Source: Nanobdellota archaeon (GTDB lineage: Archaea; Nanobdellota; Nanobdellia; Nanobdellales; Nanobdellaceae). Taken from it: a DNA stretch of 32,000 nucleotides. Made by a program: the position numbers and the translations under genes. Shown here piece by piece: positions 9,001 through 14,725 of this stretch. Where the stretch lies: positions 180,001-212,000 of the forward strand of contig AP031373.1 of NCBI GenBank assembly GCA_042850255.1. The letters are read 5' to 3'. Under the pieces are notes generated by a model. It was not told where the DNA came from. It saw only the letters and a list, made by a program, of their open reading frames with translations, and did no database searches. Position 1 is the first letter of the stretch. Each line of letters begins with the position of its first letter.

Positions 9001-9435
9001 TGAGAATATTTTTGATGCTACAGAACCATCTGCAGATGCTATTATAGTTATATTATATGTACCTGGAGAATCCGTAGGATTTGGAGCTATATTTATATTA
9101 ACAGAACAAGAATCTGAACTTCCAGATCCACCAACAGGCGTACAACTTGGACCTTGAGGAGTATATTGACATATAACTCTTCCAGATTCATTAGGAGTTA
9201 TAGTACAACTACTTGGTTGAATATTACATGTAAAATATGGAGAATATTGACATGTAAATGTAACTGTAGTCTGAGAACTTACAATATCTGTAGCTGTTGC
9301 TATAGTATTTAATGTTTGGTTAGGATATGATGAACCTGAAGATGGGTACAGATTCAATGATAGTCCTTGAGAGAATACTCTATATGATAAAAAAGAAAAT
9401 GCAAACACTATAGAGAATATTAACACTTTTTTCAT
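6061..9435 (-). CDS. giant secreted modular surface protein (P1), 1124 aa
   Basis: Signal peptide MKKVLIFSIVFAFSFLSYRVFSQ. One N-terminal and four C-terminal Cys-containing Ig/CARDB-like modules of about 110 aa (LSLTL.PSSGSSSPGGSAS...FSC.APS..SCSFP.G..C...C...SSS..PGTY.VTI...FTYTVQQSS). A poly-Asn tract spans aa 151-207. Two copies of an unknown domain of about 190 aa (aa 208-403 and 432-622) are joined by an SPSPSPSPSPPPSPSPSPGPSPS linker. The C-terminus is weakly hydrophobic. Confidence 0.9.
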   Translation of the reverse strand: MKKVLIFSIVFAFSFLSYRVFSQGLSLNLYPSSGSSYPNQTLNTIATATDIVSSQTTVTFTCQYSPYFTCNIQPSSCTITPNESGRVICQYTPQGPSCTPVGGSGSSDSCSVNINIAPNPTDSPGTYNITIIASADGSVASKIFSYTIEGSSNNSNNNNNNSNNNNNNNNNNSGGNNSNNNNNNSNNNNSNNNSGGNQPSNNNQNSNFEVIGYGYNDIDSINGNTVLSLSLPSGASIYICNAGGSPTLSSVSWNVQQESSVPGTLGNLIYTSLGYQNSGECSINVPYLGSSYFYGFSLGGIAIVTDENYTFQGTTYYFGSQSQSTSYNYNVNEPSNVVISVACGYSSCSSINVPSGCQVLVDNSDLNSLGTSFIAVCYNQSPGTYQVSISNPNGIASIGIYEFSSSSPSPSPSPSPPPSPSPSPGPSPSNSGFSIVGYNSTTYNTGSPGPISESISLPSANLYLCNGATSNYPFSSVSWNVQESEQDFSSLGYQSSNVCSATVGSATESGYFVTIGGVAIDTNENYIFQGTTYDQQGKFSYSYTLNTTSNVVISLACGNYGCTSINVPSGCQVLVDKSDPYYFTTSFFAVCYNQSPGTYTISGNYLSASALGLASLGIYEFPSSNSSTNSTNQTSSPLSITLNPSSGYSSPGGSASTEAVVNVVTSGYTHLRFSCNAPSGISCLFPDGNNAYVDHSTTIDWPVNISSSSNTPSGTYNITVTVSGYINGQSQSASATFTYTVQQSSSQSPLSLTLNQSSGSSSPGQSLYISAEAVYSLGGHQKITFSCSAPSNDGISCSFPYGNYCYISHTGTGYPGECNVIVDISSSSNTPSGTYTVTISASTNGYSSSQSFSYTVQQSSNNQPPSSNNQLSLTLSPSSGSSSPGGSASTTADVSSSTLSTGTRVDFICNAPSGFTCSFPDGKYCTIYSGSCSIPINITSSSSVSPGTYSITIEAFAHTGTSSTVSTSSTFTYTVQQSSSSEVGLSLSPSSGYSSPGGSAYTQAVASLTKKLGNYDEVQFSCSAPSNDGISCSFPNGNICYIKYSSCGESVKISSSSSTPVGTYTVTITASVYVGQNLIGSASQEFTYHVKYSRPGNLASSLGSIASTITSIASSIVNTIMHII
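8143..8226 (-). repeat. Ser/Pro dipeptide-repeat linker (locally GC-rich) inside P1
   Basis: Encodes SSSPSPSPSPSPPPSPSPSPGPSPSNS between the two copies of the ~190-aa domain. Confidence 0.9.
8815..8985 (-). repeat. imperfect AAT/AAC trinucleotide tract encoding poly-Asn (aa 151-207 of P1)
   Basis: The plus strand reads (ATT/GTT)n with interspersed AGA and TCC. It translates as SSNNSNNNNNNSNNNNNNNNNNSGGNNSNNNNNNSNNNNSNNNSGGNQPSNNNQNSN. Confidence 0.95.
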
Positions 9436-9444
9436 ATTATTTAG

Positions 9445-9465
9445 AGATATTTATAAATTTATAAA
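9445..9465 (-). promoter_or_regulatory. putative promoter of P1: TTTATAA-N8-ATATCT, 9 nt before the ATG (leaderless-type spacing)
   Basis: On the coding strand this reads TTTATAAATTTATAAATATCT-N9-ATG. The TATA lies within a perfect 16-nt palindrome, TTTATAAATTTATAAA (9450-9465). The same architecture occurs upstream of P2, of gene 13027 and of the small ORF 19526. Confidence 0.5.
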
Positions 9466-9580
9466 TTTTTTACTATATTTCTATATCTATAAGTTTCTAT
9501 TCATATAACAACATTATTCAATTTTTAATAAAGATAAATTTAACATAAACAACAGATTTATAAAAATCTAATGAAAAATG

Positions 9581-9790
9581 CTATGAAAAAGATAATATAT
9601 AATTTAATATTTCTGAAAATATATTACTACTTTTTATTTCATTATTTTTATTTATTCTCTCTATTTGATAATAAAATATTGAATAAATATTATATGGTTT
9701 TGAAATCACATATCCATTTATATTGACTGCTACCTGTATATCATATATTCTAAAAGAAACTAAAGAAGAAATTATTATTGGAATAAACAT
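9581..9790 (-). CDS. doubtful small ORF (69 aa) in the largest non-coding gap
   Basis: It has a hydrophobic N-terminus but no recognisable motif and no convincing TATA at the usual distance. Listed only because it is the sole ORF in a 613-nt gap. Confidence 0.2.
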   Translation of the reverse strand: MFIPIIISSLVSFRIYDIQVAVNINGYVISKPYNIYSIFYYQIERINKNNEIKSSNIFSEILNYILSFS

Positions 9791-10048
9791 GACGTATTTA
9801 GGATATTACACTAATTACTTTGAGGATAACTAAATAAAAAACCTTAAGGATTACATAAAAAGAACTTTATTTAAAGAATTGTTTATATTATTTTAGATAA
9901 TTTACTGCTATGGTATTTAACTTTTTCTAAGAGGCGAAATTCTGAGAGAAAAAAGAATATATTGATAATTTGAGAAATACTATAGTATTAATAAAAAACT
10001 TAATACTTACGCTAATAAAAATAAATATTTTAAACTTATGGAATATTT

Positions 10049-11164
10049 TTATAGAGAAAATAGATGTTTTATATACATAGTAGCAAAAGATCCTTTATTC
10101 AATTTAAATTCTACTTCTATTATATTATCTTTTATTTCATATTTTAAATCTTTTACCTCAGATAATAGTTTCCTATTAGTAGATAATAAAGATAGTGAAG
10201 GTTTATCCTTAAATTCCAAATCTTTCATTCTTATTCCTTCTTCCTTTAATATTTCTTCATATAATTTTTTATCTTTTATATCATAACCTATTGTAGGTAT
10301 TATAACATCTTTTAATTTTTCTATATTATTTTTAATTATATAAAATTTTCCAATTTTTGTTTCTATATAATGTTCTTCCCCATAATTTTTTCTTATATAT
10401 TCTGAAACTAATTTATTCCATAAATATGATTGATATGAATGGACAAACATTTTTAGTATTCTTTTAGGTATATACTTTAATGCTCTTTTATAATTTACTT
10501 CCTTAGATAAATATAATAGTATAGATCTTTCTATATCTAAAAAATTTGGAAATAATTTTAATGCTTCTTTAAAATTCCCCCAGTTTTCAAATAAATATTT
10601 TCTGGCATTTATAGCTTTTTCATTTTTTTCATTTTTATAATCAGTTAATAATATTTTAATTGCATTTTCATAATCTTTTTTTATTAAATATTTTCCTATT
10701 ATATGATTATTATACCTATTTCCAAATCTTTGTTCATCAAAATAATTTATATAATATTTATTAAAAATATTTATATTTTCTTTAAATAAATTTAGTTCTT
10801 CACTACTTACATCCCTTATAATTATCTTAAAATAATTCTCTTTTATATCAGAAATCTTTAATGGTTCATCATATGATCCTATATACTTTAAATATATATT
10901 TCCAAAATTATATTCTTCCTTAAAATCATTAAAATTTCTTATTGCAATGTATTGTTCTGATATTGTATTTTTATCTTTTTCTCCAGCAAAATATATTTTC
11001 CTTTTTGATATATGTAATTTTCTTGCGATTATTTTTATTGCACTTATTGTATTTACATTTCTTTTTCTCATTAAAAAATATCTATAAGTATTTCCTTCTT
11101 TTTTCTTATCTAAATCTATAATTTCTCTAACATAAAAATCTTCAGGCTTTGATTTTATTTTCAT
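10049..11164 (-). CDS. truD: tRNA pseudouridine synthase TruD/Pus7 family
   Basis: N-terminal KSKPEDFYVREI, a catalytic-Asp motif FAGEKDKNTISEQY, and FDEQRFG. Confidence 0.88.
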   Translation of the reverse strand: MKIKSKPEDFYVREIIDLDKKKEGNTYRYFLMRKRNVNTISAIKIIARKLHISKRKIYFAGEKDKNTISEQYIAIRNFNDFKEEYNFGNIYLKYIGSYDEPLKISDIKENYFKIIIRDVSSEELNLFKENINIFNKYYINYFDEQRFGNRYNNHIIGKYLIKKDYENAIKILLTDYKNEKNEKAINARKYLFENWGNFKEALKLFPNFLDIERSILLYLSKEVNYKRALKYIPKRILKMFVHSYQSYLWNKLVSEYIRKNYGEEHYIETKIGKFYIIKNNIEKLKDVIIPTIGYDIKDKKLYEEILKEEGIRMKDLEFKDKPSLSLLSTNRKLLSEVKDLKYEIKDNIIEVEFKLNKGSFATMYIKHLFSL

Positions 11165-12312
11165 AACTTAAATTCCCATTCCCACATTTCTTTTGCTAAT
11201 TTTCCATCATACATATATTTTCCAATATTTATATTCTTTCTTCTTTCTTGTATTTCTTTTACAAAATTCCATATTTTCTCTACAGTATATTCTTTTAATT
11301 CTCCAGTAGTTAGTTCTCCCATTATATATTTTTCTCTAATTTCTAATAATTTTTTATCATCTTCTTCAAATAATACAGATAACCAGAAATATGATACATC
11401 TATATCCGGATTTCCTCCATATTTTCTATGTTCTTCTAAAGTAGATCTTCCACCAGAAAATGCGTATTTAAATATTTTATTTTTTATTGTTTCATAATCA
11501 TCATCAATAAATATTGCAGATTTTGGATCTGAAGCACTCATTTTTGTATATGGACCCTGTAAACCCCATACAAATTTTGATAATATTGTAGAAGCTTTTT
11601 GATATCCAAACTTTGGCGCTATATCTCTTTGTAATCTAAAATATGGATCTTGATCAATTCCACATGGTATTAATGGAATTCCTTTTTCAAAAAATGTTGG
11701 AACAATTTGTAATGCAATATAAAATGGTAAACCAATTGTTGCACTATCATCAAATCCAAAAACAGATTTTGCAGTATTTAAATTAATCTCTCTGGCAATA
11801 TATATTGCAGGTTTATATAAATTTTTTATATATTCAGAATTAATAAATATAAAAGTTTTATCAGGATCAAATCCTATAGATGCAATTGTTTTTGCATCTT
11901 CAATTGCATATTGATATACTTCAGGATAGTTATCTACTTTTTTCTCCCAATATTTTTCTTCATCAGGTATTTGTATATATACATTTACATCAAATTTTTC
12001 TTGTAACCATTTTGTTAAAACAAATGGGATTAAATGACCAATATGCATTTTACTTTTAGAGGGAGCTCTTCCTGTATATAAGAAAAATTTCTTACCATTT
12101 TCATATTCATTTAATACTTTATCAAAATCTCTATGAGCATAGAAAAATTTTCTTTTTATTAATATATGCACATCACCAACAATATTTTTTAATCTATTTA
12201 TAATTATATCATCTATTTCTTTTACTCCAAATACTTCTATTAATCTTTTATAATCTTCCTCACCTTTAACATTTACATCATATATATTAACAATATCTGT
12301 TGCATTATCCAT
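11161..12312 (-). CDS. trpS: tryptophan--tRNA ligase (archaeal/eukaryotic type)
   Basis: YTGRAPSKSKMHIGHLIPF (HIGH motif) and KMSASDPKSAIF (KMSAS variant typical of TrpRS). Confidence 0.9.
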   Translation of the reverse strand: MDNATDIVNIYDVNVKGEEDYKRLIEVFGVKEIDDIIINRLKNIVGDVHILIKRKFFYAHRDFDKVLNEYENGKKFFLYTGRAPSKSKMHIGHLIPFVLTKWLQEKFDVNVYIQIPDEEKYWEKKVDNYPEVYQYAIEDAKTIASIGFDPDKTFIFINSEYIKNLYKPAIYIAREINLNTAKSVFGFDDSATIGLPFYIALQIVPTFFEKGIPLIPCGIDQDPYFRLQRDIAPKFGYQKASTILSKFVWGLQGPYTKMSASDPKSAIFIDDDYETIKNKIFKYAFSGGRSTLEEHRKYGGNPDIDVSYFWLSVLFEEDDKKLLEIREKYIMGELTTGELKEYTVEKIWNFVKEIQERRKNINIGKYMYDGKLAKEMWEWEFKL

Positions 12313-12346
12313 TTATCTAAATATATAAATAAAATTATTAATATAT

Positions 12347-12430
12347 GCCGCGGTGCCCGAGTAGACTAAGGGGTCTGGCTCGAGACCAGATCCCCGAAAG
12401 GGGGCGTGGGTTCAAATCCCACCCGCGGCG
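12347..12430 (+). tRNA. tRNA-Ser (anticodon CGA), class II with long variable arm, no encoded CCA, no intron
   Basis: Acceptor stem pairs GCCGCGG with CCGCGGC, discriminator G. Anticodon arm is TCTGG-CTCGAGA-CCAGA. Variable arm is CCCCGAAAGGGG. T arm is GTGGG-TTCAAAT-CCCAC. Confidence 0.93.
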
Positions 12431-12966
12431 TTAAATAATTTTTCAATATCTTCTTCTATTTTTCTCAAATTTTCTCCTAAATTATATATACTATCCCTAC
12501 CTTTTACAGTAATTAAATTTTTATCAACATAATAATCATAGTTTGTTATTAATTTTACACCAGAATTTTGGAAATATTTTAAATATTCTGGATATTCATC
12601 ATAGTTATATACTATTGTTTTTCCAACTAATAATCCTGTCCTTAAAAATGCTATTTGAGATAAAGAAGATAATATAACTGTTCTATAAGAATTTATAAAT
12701 CTTGTAAATATTGCTTGTGTTTCTACATCCATAAAATCTTTATAACCCTTATCTGCAATAAATATTAATCTATCAAAATGATTTTCCTTCATTAAAAATA
12801 TTTCATGAATATCAAAATCTGGTAATACTTTACTTTTATATTTTCCAATACCAATTTCTCTATCTTTTATCGCAATATAATTTCTTCCATCTAATATATC
12901 TAAGAAATTAAATAAATCATCCTCATCAAATCCTCTTCTTGGCAATATTATTAAATTCATTTTCAT
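12412..12966 (-). CDS. DJ-1/PfpI-like (class I glutamine amidotransferase-like fold) protein lacking the nucleophile Cys
   Basis: The pattern MNLIILPRRGFDEDDL...FDRLIFI...RTVILSSLSQIAFLRTGLLVGKTIV...YVDKNLITVKG parallels PfpI (yDalvlPGG...vaaiChgp.vL..agllkGkk...vvDgnliTsrg). The protein contains no cysteine at all. Its last 19 nt overlap the 3' end of tRNA-Ser on the other strand. Confidence 0.45.
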   Translation of the reverse strand: MKMNLIILPRRGFDEDDLFNFLDILDGRNYIAIKDREIGIGKYKSKVLPDFDIHEIFLMKENHFDRLIFIADKGYKDFMDVETQAIFTRFINSYRTVILSSLSQIAFLRTGLLVGKTIVYNYDEYPEYLKYFQNSGVKLITNYDYYVDKNLITVKGRDSIYNLGENLRKIEEDIEKLFNAAGGI

Positions 12967-12996
12967 AAATTATATAACAATATTAAACTATTAAAA

Positions 12997-13017
12997 TTTT
13001 TAACTTCTAAAATATCT
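12997..13017 (+). promoter_or_regulatory. putative promoter of gene 13027: TTTTTAA-N8-ATATCT, 9 nt before the ATG
   Basis: Same spacing and the same ATATCT box as the P1 and P2 promoters. Confidence 0.4.
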
Positions 13018-13026
13018 TAACAAAAT

Positions 13027-14700
13027 ATGCCAGATATTAAATTTGATGATATAAGGAATGAAAAAATTGAGGATAATAAACATAAATTATTGGAAATAAA
13101 ATTAATATTTGATAATCCAAATATAAAGTTTGAACAGATGTATTTTTGGTTATTAGATTTTATTAGAGATAGTTTAAAATTAAATGTTAGTAAATTATCA
13201 GATGAGTTCACATCTTCTGTAGGTTCATTATTTTTTGGAGAAATGAGTCAAAGAGCTTCTGCAGTATTAAATACTGCAAGATCTTTAGGAGAATTATTTA
13301 ATACGTTGACAAGATCTATAATATCAATATTAAGCGAATATAAGCAAATACAATCAAGGGTTGTATTATATGAAAAATTATTATCAAATGATAAAGATGA
13401 AGCATATAGTGCTTATTTAACATTAAAAGATCTATGGATAAATAATGTTGATTCTAATAGAGGAGGATCTAGTTTACTAAATATATCAAGAGGTAGATTA
13501 GGATTTGCAACTGCAATAGATTTATTTTATTTGGAAGAATTAAAAAATGAATTAGAAAAATTAAAAAATAAAGGAATAATAGGGGAAGCTTTATTTAATA
13601 AAATATTTAATGAACCTTCTCATATACCAAGGGATTTAGAAGAAGCAAAAAATAAAAATATAATAAGTCAACCTGTATATAATGTTGTAAATATAAGATT
13701 ACAAGAATTTTATAATTGGTTAGAAATTAATAGGAAATATTTATATGATAGAAATAATTTACTAAAATCCTATTTAAGACATCAGCTAAGTGCTTTATTA
13801 TATTATATAGAATTTGCAAAACCATATTTTAAATTTGCTAGAAAATTATTACAAAATCCTGAACAACCTGTAGATGTTGTAAATGCATTTGAAACTGCAA
13901 TAATAAATCTAACTTTGGTATCTATAGGAAAAGAGAATAATATAAAAGAATTTAATGAAAAGGAAGGAAAAGAAGAGGAAAAGATATATATACCAATGTA
14001 TGAGATAAATATATCTGCAAGGGCATTACCTACAGTAGTAAGTAGATCTGGAGGAACTAGTATGTATACATTTATTGGTAGAGTAGATATATATTTAAGA
14101 TCATATATTTTAGAAAAAAGTGAATATGAAAGTATATTAATAAATCAGGAAGCTGAAGATTTATTATATATTACTGGTTTAACTGAAGATTATGTAAAAG
14201 ATATGGCGGATATTATATTGGAGATGTTTTTATATGATATAATAAAAAATGATGAAAATTTATTAAAAACTGTTGCTGAAAAATCTGGAGCAACACCTGA
14301 AGAAATAAAAAACAATCCTTATAAAATAAAGTGGACAAGAGAATTATTGGAAGAATTAGAAAAAAATGATAAAATAAAAAAAGCATTGGGAAGTATAAGA
14401 TGGATAAAAAAATATTTAGAATCTGAGAAAAAGGATCAAAAAAAGGAAGAAAAGAAAGAAGAGAAAAAAGAATCTGGTTTAAAATTTATATTTCCTACAT
14501 TTTCAGATATATTCATGTATTTATTTCAATTTATTACAACTTTTAGAAAAGATTTGCATTCTATAGAAAAAAATATAAAAAAGAAAAATATAGAAAATGA
14601 AAAGAAACAAGCTATGGATGATTTCAAGGATAAAACAATTGATACTGCATGGAAAATATATATGACATTTAAAAAGACATTTAATATGTTAAATTATTAA
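13027..14700 (+). CDS. hypothetical protein, 557 aa, mostly helical; no family recognised
   Basis: Long uninterrupted ORF with genome-typical composition. It has a K/E-rich tract KKDQKKEEKKEEKKES followed by a hydrophobic segment GLKFIFPTFSDIFMYLFQFITTF (aa 484-506). No signal peptide. Confidence 0.8.
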   Translation: MPDIKFDDIRNEKIEDNKHKLLEIKLIFDNPNIKFEQMYFWLLDFIRDSLKLNVSKLSDEFTSSVGSLFFGEMSQRASAVLNTARSLGELFNTLTRSIISILSEYKQIQSRVVLYEKLLSNDKDEAYSAYLTLKDLWINNVDSNRGGSSLLNISRGRLGFATAIDLFYLEELKNELEKLKNKGIIGEALFNKIFNEPSHIPRDLEEAKNKNIISQPVYNVVNIRLQEFYNWLEINRKYLYDRNNLLKSYLRHQLSALLYYIEFAKPYFKFARKLLQNPEQPVDVVNAFETAIINLTLVSIGKENNIKEFNEKEGKEEEKIYIPMYEINISARALPTVVSRSGGTSMYTFIGRVDIYLRSYILEKSEYESILINQEAEDLLYITGLTEDYVKDMADIILEMFLYDIIKNDENLLKTVAEKSGATPEEIKNNPYKIKWTRELLEELEKNDKIKKALGSIRWIKKYLESEKKDQKKEEKKEEKKESGLKFIFPTFSDIFMYLFQFITTFRKDLHSIEKNIKKKNIENEKKQAMDDFKDKTIDTAWKIYMTFKKTFNMLNY

Positions 14701-14725
14701 ATTACAAAAATATTATATTATATTT

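Noticed and set aside
8864-9157. Plus-strand ORF encoding MELLLLELLLLLFELLPPELLLL...
   Set aside because: It is the antisense shadow of the poly-Asn codon tract of P1. Its poly-Leu/Glu low complexity has no independent support.
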